The translations under genes and the position numbers were made by a program. A stretch of 64,000 bases of DNA, taken from NCBI GenBank assembly GCA_966212075.1, contig CBIHOM010000010.1, positions 50,573 to 114,572 on the forward strand, in the 5' to 3' direction. The stretch comes from an uncultured Fluviicola sp. GTDB lineage: Bacteria > Bacteroidota > Bacteroidia > Flavobacteriales_D > Crocinitomicaceae. Below are positions 8,461 through 17,566 of the stretch, one piece after another. The notes under the pieces were generated by a model that searched no databases, was not told the origin of the DNA, and saw nothing but the letters and a program-made list of their open reading frames with translations. The first letter of the stretch is position 1. Each line of letters begins with the position of its first letter.

Positions 8461-8495
8461 ATATCCCAGGGATATGGCATAGATAAAGCATAGAT
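8461..8495. promoter_or_regulatory. Operator-like palindrome and 11-bp-period repeat upstream of the 252-aa gene
   Basis: ATATCCC-A-GGGATAT 8461-8475; GCATAGAT at 8477-8484 and 8488-8495. Confidence 0.35.
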
Positions 8496-8530
8496 ATAGT
8501 TATGAATGTTAAAATTTGAAGTATAAATAT

Positions 8531-8701
8531 CAGACTCACGCTCACACTAAATAAAATAGTTTAAACCAATTTCTTCCTCATTCTCGTTCTCATTCTCGCT
8601 TTGAAAGAAAAAAGCATCTGGAGAAAATTGGTCAGAATGAGAAACTGAATGAGAATGATGTAAAAGAAAATGCTATCGAAATGAAAGTGAGTTTGAGTCT
8701 G
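8531..8701. repeat. Nested inverted repeats built from CTCA/CTCATT units
   Basis: Outer CAGACTCACGCTCAC (8531) vs GTGAGTTTGAGTCTG (ends 8701); inner CTCATTCTCGTTCTCATTCTC (8577-8597) vs GAATGAGAAACTGAATGAGAATGA (8635-8658). Confidence 0.6.
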
Positions 8702-8796
8702 TTAAACAACACTAAAATATTAGGTTAATGATTATGAATATTGTTTCTTGTTTAGAAGATATAGATAAAAATTATTCACTAAAAAATCAGATAGTC

Positions 8797-8967
8797 ATGT
8801 TAAAATGGACAGCAGTATTTCTTGTTATCGCACTTATAGCTGCGATATTCGGATTTGGAGGGGTCGCAGAAGCAGCGGCTTCCATAGCAAAAGTTATATT
8901 CTTTATTTTCATTGCTCTCGTAGTAATCACTGGGATCATTGGGTTTACCGCGATCAAAAGGAAATAA
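8797..8967 (+). CDS. DUF1328 (UPF0391) small membrane protein
   Basis: MLKWTAVFLVIALIAAIFGFGGVAEAAASIAKVIFFIF matches the family pattern. Confidence 0.9.
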   Translation: MLKWTAVFLVIALIAAIFGFGGVAEAAASIAKVIFFIFIALVVITGIIGFTAIKRK

Positions 8968-9044
8968 GAAGAATCGGATATAACTTTCAGATTCAATTTT
9001 ATGGTTGAAGAAATTCTCGTATTTAAGAGGGAAGAGAAGGAAAT

Positions 9045-9083
9045 AAAAAAAGGGAAGCTATCAATTGATGCTTCCCTTTTTTT
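9045..9083. terminator. Bidirectional intrinsic terminator
   Basis: aaaaaaagggaagc/gcttcccttttttt. Confidence 0.8.
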
Positions 9084-9161
9084 GTGATCCTATTGAGAGA
9101 TATTTCGAACTATTTGGTGGAGGATTTGGAACAGATTGTCAGAGTCCTTACTACAATTTAA
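9079..9161 (+). mobile_element. Putative att-site remnant related to the tRNA-Lys 3' end
   Basis: TTTTTGTGATCC at 9079-9090 and 15931-15942; GTGATCCTATTGAGA vs GTGATCCCGCTGGGA (11/15, all mismatches transitions), then TCGAAC. Confidence 0.45.
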
Positions 9162-9336
9162 ACCCTCATCCATATCTGAAAAGAAAGGGAAACAAGACTA
9201 TTACAATGAAGTTTTTACTATACCCGATTTAGACATTTGGTTTGATGCAAAAATTAAACATAAACTAGTTACTATCAGTCTCTTCATTTTCAAATAATTG
9301 ATTTCGGCAAATAGTGTAACTTTGAAAAAAAAGCGA

Positions 9337-10902
9337 ATGATTAAATGTTCTTTATTCCTTCTTCTTACGATACTAAGCTACAACTGTTTTTCACAAGATT
9401 TGGACAAAAAAGCAAAGAAAGCAATAGCGCTAGCGGAAAAAGGAGAACTCGATGAGTCCTTTCGAATATTCATTGAAATCAAAAAAGAATATAAAAGAAG
9501 GGGAGATATAGAAGGAACCGCAGACGTATTAAACAATATCGGTCGGATTTATTATATGATGAACAATTTTCCGGAGGCCAGAAGGAATTTTCAACAAAGT
9601 TACCTCATCTACCAATCTCTCGGCGATAAAACCTCTCAGGCACAGTTGATTATGAATATTGGTGCCACGTATGAGACCGACAACTCAAAGGAACTGGACA
9701 AAGCCTTGAAATATTACCGGAAAGGATACCAAATGTACAGTAAATTAAATGATAGTGTTGGGATCAATCGATCTTTGCTGAATATGGGAACAATCTTCGG
9801 GCGGCAAAATGAAAGCAGGAAAGCATTGAATGTCTATCTGAAAGCCCTACCCTTTTTGGAACGTAGTGGAACTGAAAATGACCGGATTGCCATTTACGCC
9901 AACATAGGTACCAGTTTTTATGAACTCAATGAAGCTGATTCGTCGCTTCCTTATTTATACAAAGCTAAGTCAAAGAGAGGAAACCTTGAATACGATATTT
10001 ATATCAACAGAACTCTAGCCAAAGTCTATGCGAAACTCAATAGACCCGATAGTGTAAACCATTATATAGATCTCTTCTCACAGGTAAAAGATAAATTACA
10101 GGACGAACAAACAATGAGAAGTATTACTGAAATATCTCAGAAATATAAATCTCAGGTCAAGGAAGAAGAAATCGAGAAACTGAAACTCGGAAAAAAAAGA
10201 GACCGCCTCTGGCTCACTTTAATTGTTTTGGCTCTTGTTGGTATGGTTGTGATACTAGGACTCCTTTTCAGAAACCGCATGATCCGATCCGATCAGCAGA
10301 AAACAGAGCTGGAGCACCGCATTCTAAGGGCTCAAATGAATCCGCATTTTTTGTTCAATTGTCTTTCCAGTATTCAGCGCATGTATATTGAAGGAGATAT
10401 CCAGAGAGCCAATGACCTGACGGCTGATTTTGGCACTTTACTTCGTCAAATACTTGATCACACAAGCCAGTCACGAATTCGGCTGAAAGAAGAACTAGAT
10501 ACACTGCAATCTTATATGCAGATTGAACAAATTCGACTGGGAGAAAAATTCCAGTTCGATATAATCGTTGATGAAAACCTCAATATAAATAATCTATTGG
10601 TTCCACCGCTCATTAGCCAGCCAATTGTGGAAAATGCTATCTGGCATGGGATTGTTCCACTTGAAGGTAATGGAAAAATAATCGTTCGATGCAATTTAAG
10701 CAGTGATGAAAAACTGCTTATTTTAGATATTACCGATAATGGAGTTGGTTTTTTTTTAGAGGAATCCCCCCGGAAACGCTCCTCAAAGGGAATAGAACTT
10801 GTTGAAAAACGATTAACATCAAAAGGGTTTCTTCAAATCAACAAGCGGAAAGAGGGAGGAACGAGAGTAACGATTAATTTACCGGTTGAGTATGAAGATT
10901 AG
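9337..10902 (+). CDS. TPR-containing LytS/YehU-type sensor histidine kinase
   Basis: TAACTTTG -7 box at 9317 supports the 9337 start; TPRs; TM helix; LRAQMNPHFLFNCL; QPIVENAIWHG; DNGVG. Confidence 0.95.
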   Translation: MIKCSLFLLLTILSYNCFSQDLDKKAKKAIALAEKGELDESFRIFIEIKKEYKRRGDIEGTADVLNNIGRIYYMMNNFPEARRNFQQSYLIYQSLGDKTSQAQLIMNIGATYETDNSKELDKALKYYRKGYQMYSKLNDSVGINRSLLNMGTIFGRQNESRKALNVYLKALPFLERSGTENDRIAIYANIGTSFYELNEADSSLPYLYKAKSKRGNLEYDIYINRTLAKVYAKLNRPDSVNHYIDLFSQVKDKLQDEQTMRSITEISQKYKSQVKEEEIEKLKLGKKRDRLWLTLIVLALVGMVVILGLLFRNRMIRSDQQKTELEHRILRAQMNPHFLFNCLSSIQRMYIEGDIQRANDLTADFGTLLRQILDHTSQSRIRLKEELDTLQSYMQIEQIRLGEKFQFDIIVDENLNINNLLVPPLISQPIVENAIWHGIVPLEGNGKIIVRCNLSSDEKLLILDITDNGVGFFLEESPRKRSSKGIELVEKRLTSKGFLQINKRKEGGTRVTINLPVEYED

Positions 10903-11641
10903 GGCAATTATTGTTGACGATGAGAAAGATATTCGTTTTCTTCTGCGCAAAATGCTGGAGGAACACTTCAATCATATTATAGACATTGCAGGAGAAGCGG
11001 AAGATATCGCAGCAGCTTCAATATTGATAGATCAGGAAGTTCCCCAATTGATCTTTCTTGATATCAAAATCAAAAATAAAACCGGATTCGATTTACTTGA
11101 AAAGTATAAAGACAAGGATTTTGAAGTCATCTTTATTACTGCTTACGATCAATATGCCATCAAAGCATTTGAGTTTAGTGCAATTGGCTATTTAATGAAG
11201 CCTGTTAAGCTGGAAAAGCTTCGGAAAATTATCGAAAGATTGACGAACAACCTGAATCGCATGAAAGAAGATCCCAATAAGCGAATAAAAATCCTTATTG
11301 ACAATTATGACGGTAATGGTATTAAGAGAATTTGTATAGCAAGTGTGGAAGGTTTTGATGTGCTCGAACTTGACCAAATCATTCGTCTTGAAAGTGATAA
11401 TAATTATACGGATTTTATTACTTCGGGTGGTGGAAAATACACCACAAGCAAGACGATCAAGGAATACGAAGATATCCTTGATGAGTTTGGCTTTTACCGG
11501 ATTCATCAGAGACACATTGTCAACTTGCGGCAAGTGAAATCCTATCAGAAAGGTGACGGCGGGACTATCATACTGAATGACGGTACGGAACTGCCACTCG
11601 CAAGACTGAGAAAACCCGGATTTTTGAAACGTTTTTTATAA
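10892..11641 (+). CDS. LytTR-family response regulator
   Basis: AIIVDDE, IFLDIKI, FITAYDQYAIKAFEFSAIGYLMKP; FYRIHQRHIVN. Confidence 0.95.
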   Translation: MKIRAIIVDDEKDIRFLLRKMLEEHFNHIIDIAGEAEDIAAASILIDQEVPQLIFLDIKIKNKTGFDLLEKYKDKDFEVIFITAYDQYAIKAFEFSAIGYLMKPVKLEKLRKIIERLTNNLNRMKEDPNKRIKILIDNYDGNGIKRICIASVEGFDVLELDQIIRLESDNNYTDFITSGGGKYTTSKTIKEYEDILDEFGFYRIHQRHIVNLRQVKSYQKGDGGTIILNDGTELPLARLRKPGFLKRFL

Positions 11642-11771
11642 GATTCTCTTTTTCTGATGTCTGGTTCTAATTGAGAACTACCTAAATCTAAATCTTGCGG
11701 GTATTAATACTATCCAAAATAAAAGAATTGTATTTTTAACTGCGAATTTTGTTTAAATAACATCTTAAATT

Positions 11772-14700
11772 ATGATAAAGCAAACCTCCCTACTGATTCT
11801 GATCTTTTCCGGATTGTTTTTCTCAAAATTGCAGGCTCAGTCTGTCGTTTATGTTACCAACCTTGCTGATAGCGGACCGGGTTCATTACGCAATAAGATC
11901 TCTGCAGCTTTTCCGGGGGATACAATCCGCTTTCAAGTAACCGGGACCATCTTTCTTAGTTCAGGAGAATTGAACTTTAATAAAAATCTTGTTATTGATG
12001 GGCCGGGAGTTTCTTTACTTACAATTACATCGGTTTCGTCTGATCGTTTATTTATTATTAGTGGCCAAATCACAATTTCGAAGCTGAGGTTGCTGAACGG
12101 ATACTCAAGTACAGGAATGTATTCCGGAGGAATTACCTGTACGGGAGGAACACTGCGGTTAAACCATGTCAAGTTTGAAAATTGCACAGCAGCAGACCTT
12201 GGAGATATTCCAAGAGGAGGAGCATTGAGAGCCAGTTGTGATAGCCTTTTTGTTAATCATTGTGATTTTATCAATAATGGAGTTACCTCTACAAAATATG
12301 CTACTAGTGGAGGAGCAATTTATGCATATGCCATAAAACAGATTATTCGTAATAGCACCTTCGATTCGAATCAGGTTGATGCCGGTGCTGATACACAAAA
12401 TGGAGTGCATACAGCAACCGGGTACGGAGGTGCGGTACATCTGGTTGCGAAAACAAACAGTGTATTATTGGTTGATAGCTGTCAATTTACCAATAATGTC
12501 TGTAATGCCGTTTGTCTATATTCCGCAGGAGCATACCAAGGACAGGGACATGCTTATGGTGGAGCGATACACATAGATGGTCTTCACAATCAATTAAGTT
12601 CAGCTATAAACAACAGCACTTTTACAGGAAATCTTGCAAATGGTACAGGAGTGGGTGGTAATCGCAGTTTATCTTTCGGTACTATTTCACTGATGACTGT
12701 ACCTTCTTCAACTAAAATAACCGCACTTAATAACCTCATCCTTGATAACAATGAAGCCATAGGAACCAGCAGTTATGCGGGGGTAGGTGCCATTTATTCG
12801 TTTCACGGCGGAATTACAATGAATAACCTCAAGGTAACGAATAACACGTCTTATTATGAAGCGATAAAAGTAGACGAAAGTTCTTATGCCAGAATAGAAT
12901 GGTCCTCCATTTCCGGGAATTCTTCCGGTGGGTTGAGGTTGAGACAAGTCGATAGTTCAGATGTGAAAAATAATCTGTTTAGTAACAATGGTAAGGTTGC
13001 GCTGCAATTAGATCAGTTAACAGGTGCTAATACTACTGCCAACTCTACATTTACTGGCAATACTTCCGTTCAGGGAAGTGCGATGCGCATAGAATTCTGT
13101 ACAGGACCAGTCACTGTTTTGAATTGTACCATGATGGATGATACAGTAACTGTGGCAGGTATGGCTGTAGAAATGTATCTATACAACTCACCGCAAGTAT
13201 ACTTGAAAAATAATATTATATCAACCCCTACATTTACCTCTGATCCACTTGTTCAATCATCCAGTACCAGCATAATCAGCCAGGGTGGAAATATTGTTCG
13301 TGATGCTACTTTGTCGCTTTTCCTGGTGCAGGCTAACGATATGAATTCCACAGACCCAATGCTTGGAACTTTTGACGATCACGGCGGCCCGACAAAAACA
13401 TTTAATTTACTCGCTTCCAGTCCGGCAATTAACCTAGGAGGAACCGATACACTTACAATTGACCAACGTGGTTTTTTAAGAGATGTACAATCGGATGCCG
13501 GAGCATTTGAAAACAACGCTACCAATCCCAACAATCCTGTTGTAATGAATCTGTCAAACGACACAACCATTTGTGCATTGCAGACAATTACATTATCAGT
13601 TACTTCCAACAACATTCCACAAGACCCAATCGAATACCAATGGAAAAAGGATAATGTGAATGTTCCAGGCGCGAATACCCCATCATTAAGTATTACTCCT
13701 TCTGCTGCCGGGATATTTAATTACACATGTGAACTATCAAACAATTCAGCATCTGTCATCAGTGATACGATTACAGTTACAGTAAATTCGTTACCTGTAG
13801 TTGATGCAAGCAACTCAACCTCCATTTGTGCAGGGGGTAATACATCGATTTCAGCTATCGGAGCAACTACCTATTCCTGGAACAACGGCCTTGGAACAGG
13901 TAGTTCACATACCGTTTCTCCTGGTTCAACAACGATTTATACGGTTACAGGAACAGATGGAAACGGATGTCAGAATACGGACCAGGTTACGATTACTGTA
14001 AACCAATTGCCATTGGTTGATGCCGGCAATGCTGCATCGATCTGTATTGGAAACAACACTACTATTTCTGCTTCAGGAACTGTTTCTTATTCCTGGGATA
14101 ATGGTCTTGGAGCAGGTAGTTCACATAGCATTGCCCCTGCTTCAACAACGACATACACTGTTACCGGAACAGATGGAAATGGGTGTCAGAATACAGACCA
14201 GGTTACGATCACTGTGAATCAATTGCCAGTAGTTGATGCAAGCAACTCAACTGCCATTTGTGCAGGAAGTAATACAACGATTTCAGCTACCGGAACTGTT
14301 TCTTATTCCTGGGACAATGGCCTTGGGACTGGTAGTTCACATACTGTTTCTCCAACTTCAACAACAACATACAATGTTACCGGAACCGATGTGAACGGAT
14401 GTCAAAATACGGACCAGGTTACGATTACTGTGAATCAATTGCCAGTAGTTGATGCGGGCAATTCAAGTACTATTTGTGCCGGAAATAATGCTACAATTTC
14501 AGCTACCGGAGCAACTTCTTACTCTTGGAACAATGGCCTTGGAGCAGGCAGTTCACATAGTGTTTCTCCTACTTCAACAACCTTATACACGGTTACAGGA
14601 ACAGACGGAAACGGGTGTCAAAACACCGATCAGGTTACAATCACTGTGAATCAATTACCACTAATTGATGCGGGCAGTGCTACATCGATTTGTATTGGTG

Positions 14701-15767
14701 ATAATACTATGATCTCGGCTTCCGGAGCTATTTCTTATTTCTGGGATAATGGTCTTGGAGTCGGTACTTCACATACTGTTTCTCCTAATATTACTACAAC
14801 TTATATGGTTACGGGAACGGATGGAAATGGTTGTCAGAATACCGATCAGGTGATTGTTACGGTTAATTCTTATCCATCTGTTGTCTCAAATGGAGATACT
14901 GCCATTTGTCTTGGAGGAAGCGCGACGATTTCTGCCACCGGGGCCGATTCATATAGCTGGAATAATGGTTTAGGAGCAGGAGCTTCACATGTTGTTTCAC
15001 CAGGAACCACTATGACCTTCATTGTAACAGGAACAACTAACGGATGTTCTGCTACCGATGAGGTAATTATTACTGTGAATCCGATCCCTGTAATCGGTGC
15101 AAATGGCAGTACAACCATTTGTGCAGGCGAAAACGCTACTATTTCAGCAAACGGAGGAATTGTTTATACTTGGAACAATGGTTTGGGTACAGGTGCCACA
15201 CATGTCGTTTCGCCTTTAAATACCACTACATATACCGTCACCGGGAATGATGTAAATGGATGTCAGAATACAGCTCAGGTAACTATTACTGTGAATCAAT
15301 TGCCTAATACCTCAACAACTCTTGGAGCAGATCAGCTAACAATTACTTCAAATAATACTTCTGCTACCTACAATTGGGTCAATTGCAATAATGGGTTCCA
15401 GCCGGTAGGTTCAACAAATCAAAGTTACACCGTCACAATGAACGGAAGCTATGCTGTTATTCTAACTCAAAACGGTTGCAGTGATACTTCAAACTGTGTA
15501 TTTATCGATTACGTAGGTTTGAACGAAATGACGAATGCATTACACTTATCATTGGTTCCGAATCCTACTTTTGGTAAAACCCAAGTGATTACAAGTGAAA
15601 AAATACTAAACTTACGTGTTATCGACAATAGTGGTAAGCAACTGGAAGTAGACATGGATATTACCGAAGGATGGATTGACTTTAGTACCGCTCCCTCAGG
15701 AAGTTACTTCATCGAAATTCTTACTAAAACAGTATCCCACTTTGAAAAAATCAGTGTAATCCATTGA
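11772..15767 (+). CDS. T9SS type-A cargo: beta-helix (GGAI/FxxN repeats), choice-of-anchor-Q-like segment, 7 Ig-like repeats
   Basis: Signal peptide; VTNLADSGPGSLR start; GGAIY..FDSN, GGAVH..FTNN, GGAIH..FTGN; DPMLGTFDDHGGPTKT..DQRG..DAGAFE; C-terminal LVPNPT..GSYFIEI. Confidence 0.9.
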   Translation: MIKQTSLLILIFSGLFFSKLQAQSVVYVTNLADSGPGSLRNKISAAFPGDTIRFQVTGTIFLSSGELNFNKNLVIDGPGVSLLTITSVSSDRLFIISGQITISKLRLLNGYSSTGMYSGGITCTGGTLRLNHVKFENCTAADLGDIPRGGALRASCDSLFVNHCDFINNGVTSTKYATSGGAIYAYAIKQIIRNSTFDSNQVDAGADTQNGVHTATGYGGAVHLVAKTNSVLLVDSCQFTNNVCNAVCLYSAGAYQGQGHAYGGAIHIDGLHNQLSSAINNSTFTGNLANGTGVGGNRSLSFGTISLMTVPSSTKITALNNLILDNNEAIGTSSYAGVGAIYSFHGGITMNNLKVTNNTSYYEAIKVDESSYARIEWSSISGNSSGGLRLRQVDSSDVKNNLFSNNGKVALQLDQLTGANTTANSTFTGNTSVQGSAMRIEFCTGPVTVLNCTMMDDTVTVAGMAVEMYLYNSPQVYLKNNIISTPTFTSDPLVQSSSTSIISQGGNIVRDATLSLFLVQANDMNSTDPMLGTFDDHGGPTKTFNLLASSPAINLGGTDTLTIDQRGFLRDVQSDAGAFENNATNPNNPVVMNLSNDTTICALQTITLSVTSNNIPQDPIEYQWKKDNVNVPGANTPSLSITPSAAGIFNYTCELSNNSASVISDTITVTVNSLPVVDASNSTSICAGGNTSISAIGATTYSWNNGLGTGSSHTVSPGSTTIYTVTGTDGNGCQNTDQVTITVNQLPLVDAGNAASICIGNNTTISASGTVSYSWDNGLGAGSSHSIAPASTTTYTVTGTDGNGCQNTDQVTITVNQLPVVDASNSTAICAGSNTTISATGTVSYSWDNGLGTGSSHTVSPTSTTTYNVTGTDVNGCQNTDQVTITVNQLPVVDAGNSSTICAGNNATISATGATSYSWNNGLGAGSSHSVSPTSTTLYTVTGTDGNGCQNTDQVTITVNQLPLIDAGSATSICIGDNTMISASGAISYFWDNGLGVGTSHTVSPNITTTYMVTGTDGNGCQNTDQVIVTVNSYPSVVSNGDTAICLGGSATISATGADSYSWNNGLGAGASHVVSPGTTMTFIVTGTTNGCSATDEVIITVNPIPVIGANGSTTICAGENATISANGGIVYTWNNGLGTGATHVVSPLNTTTYTVTGNDVNGCQNTAQVTITVNQLPNTSTTLGADQLTITSNNTSATYNWVNCNNGFQPVGSTNQSYTVTMNGSYAVILTQNGCSDTSNCVFIDYVGLNEMTNALHLSLVPNPTFGKTQVITSEKILNLRVIDNSGKQLEVDMDITEGWIDFSTAPSGSYFIEILTKTVSHFEKISVIH
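13797..15305 (+). repeat. Seven tandem intragenic repeats of about 216 bp (72 aa)
   Basis: Unit like VVDAGNxxxICxGxNxTISAxGxxSYSWxNGLGxGxSHxVSPxxTTxYTVTGTDGNGCQNTDQVTITVNQLP. Confidence 0.95.
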
Positions 15768-15894
15768 TTGAATATTCGGAACAAGTCTATTAATCGGTTT
15801 CGAAAAATTGTATTTTGGAATTTGCTTTGAAGGAATCCAATTAGGTCAAAAACCGAATGCGCATCCCGCACTCAAAACTCACGCTCAATACAAA

Positions 15895-15935
15895 AAGAAA
15901 AAGCGAATTACGGCAGTAGTTCGCTTTTTCTTTTT
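15895..15935. terminator. Bidirectional terminator between the adhesin and the tRNA
   Basis: aagaaaaagcgaat/ttcgctttttcttttt. Confidence 0.8.
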
Positions 15936-15936
15936 G

Positions 15937-16009
15937 TGATCCCGCTGGGATTCGAACCCAGGACCCATACATTAAAAGTGTATTGCTCTACCAGCTGAGC
16001 TACGGAATC
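15937..16009 (-). tRNA. tRNA-Lys (anticodon TTT)
   Basis: GATTCCGTAGCTCAGCTGGTAGAGC-ATACA CT TTT AA TGTAT-GGTTCGAATCC cloverleaf; CCA not encoded; TATCTTTG -7 box at 16057-16050. Confidence 0.97.
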
Positions 16010-16207
16010 TTGTTATTTTTTCTTCATCACTCATTCGTGATTGCGGGTGCAAAGATAGATATCTTTTATGTTTATGCAAGCCATTTGAACAAAAAAACTC
16101 AAAAAAAATGCTCCCAGTCCGCTAACCCACTGAATCTAAGGGATAAATTAATTCCATTTTTTTTAACAGGCATTTAATCATTTATTCGTTTTCGTAAAAT
16201 CAGCCGC

Positions 16208-16240
16208 TTTCAAAATGAAAACACCCCTTTCAAATTGAAC
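16208..16240. promoter_or_regulatory. Second tandem TTCA-N3-TGAA site
   Basis: TTCAAAATGAAA 16209-16220 (identical to 281-292) and TTCAAATTGAAC 16229-16240. Confidence 0.45.
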
Positions 16241-16462
16241 ACCGATTTCTTTTTGTGGCATAAGTCCTCCCGCCCCATAAGCCCCACCGCATAAAGGCTT
16301 TAACATTTCTTTACGGATTCCGGTATGAATTTCGGAAAGGCTTGGGCGTTGACATGCTAAAACATTCAGCCGTGAGGAAATCATAATCAATATAGGTCAC
16401 TCAGCGCGGAAAAAAGTTTAAATAGCAGTTAACAAAAAAATACACACACAAAAACAAACGTC

Positions 16463-16915
16463 ATGGAAAAACACCCATTCTTCGGATTACGAATCCAGGT
16501 ACTGGACGATAATCCATTCTACACGACCTTGTATAAGCTTCAATTAGAGCGGGAATTGCTCACAGCATACGCCATGCATCAAAATCATTTCAAGATCAGT
16601 ACTTATACCGATTCCGGGGCATTCTTATCCGATTTGCCGGGAATCCATTCCATCATATTCCTGGATTACAATTTGGGAGCAAATCTCACCGGGTTGGACA
16701 TCATGGACAAGATCAAAAAGAAAACAACCTTGGCAAAGGTCTATATTGTCACCGATGAAAACAATTCGTATATCCTTCGCTCTTGCCTGGATGCCGGAGC
16801 AGACGGAATCATTTTCAAGAACAATGAATTGATGGAACTTTCTTTGATGGTTATCCGGCAAACATTGAACAGCAGTGACTTTCCGTATCAATTAAATGTT
16901 CCGGGAAACAATTAG
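16463..16915 (+). CDS. Single-domain response regulator (receiver only)
   Basis: VLDD, IFLDYNL, IVTD, IIFK receiver residues; no output domain. Confidence 0.85.
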   Translation: MEKHPFFGLRIQVLDDNPFYTTLYKLQLERELLTAYAMHQNHFKISTYTDSGAFLSDLPGIHSIIFLDYNLGANLTGLDIMDKIKKKTTLAKVYIVTDENNSYILRSCLDAGADGIIFKNNELMELSLMVIRQTLNSSDFPYQLNVPGNN

Positions 16916-17018
16916 TGGAAAATAACACCACTTAAGTAAACGGGTACAACCGTTCAGGTTTTTGTTAAAATAACAGCACTCAGAAGATTTAGATTAGTAT
17001 AAACTCTAATCTCAATTT

Positions 17019-17525
17019 ATGAAGACGCTTGTACCTTTCAGCTTAATGATCTGCGCATGGTTGCTTTCCTTCCGTTCATTTGGCGAAACAGATTCCCTTT
17101 TAATCCAAAACAACATTCCCGCTTGGGTAAAACCCATTTTGGAAAAATCGGAAATGGCGCAGAAACATCAGATCCTGACAGATTTCAACCCCTTTTATTT
17201 CGAGGCCGATTTCACCGGTGACGGACAAGTAGACATTGCTTTTTTTGTAGAAAACAAGATCGATAAAACCAAGGGAGTGATGATTATCAACAACGTAAAA
17301 AACCTCGTTTATGTAATCGGTTGCGGCACTGCTACCGATATGGGCACTTCCCTTTCCTGGACAAAACGCTGGTTTATCTACCGGAATAAGTACATCATGA
17401 ACGATGGGAATAAGAAAAAGATCAGTTTAAAACTTCCTGCTATTCAACTGATCCGAAGTGAAACCAATAGCTTGGTAATTTATTGGACCGGGAAGAAATA
17501 CAAAACGTTTTTGCAGCAATCATAA
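17019..17525 (+). CDS. Hypothetical exported protein
   Basis: Signal peptide; a single ADFTGDGQVD Ca-loop-like motif. Confidence 0.75.
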   Translation: MKTLVPFSLMICAWLLSFRSFGETDSLLIQNNIPAWVKPILEKSEMAQKHQILTDFNPFYFEADFTGDGQVDIAFFVENKIDKTKGVMIINNVKNLVYVIGCGTATDMGTSLSWTKRWFIYRNKYIMNDGNKKKISLKLPAIQLIRSETNSLVIYWTGKKYKTFLQQS

Positions 17526-17530
17526 TATCG

Positions 17531-17558
17531 GTATGGCCGCGATTAATCGCGGCCATAC
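17531..17558. repeat. Perfect 28-bp palindrome between convergent genes (REP-like or terminator)
   Basis: GTATGGCCGCGATTAATCGCGGCCATAC; no U-tract on either side. Confidence 0.7.
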
Positions 17559-17566
17559 TAATTTAA

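Noticed and set aside
8728-8796. N-terminal extensions in the ORF track (DUF1328, and likewise 9298, 28367, 33712, 35041, 40447, 50374, 53789)
   Set aside because: Downstream starts fit -7 boxes, signal peptides or family N-termini better
11642-11771. LytTR box in front of the beta-helix adhesin
   Set aside because: Only short palindromes and CTAAAT x2; no repeat with a period near 21 bp
15895-15908. AAGAAAAAGCGAAT shared between the tRNA terminator and the msrA-upstream repeat (41538)
   Set aside because: A-rich 14-mer with no flanking similarity; likely chance
16178-16390. 70-aa minus-strand ORF upstream of the tRNA
   Set aside because: No motif, weak start context, and it crosses the putative operator at 16208-16240
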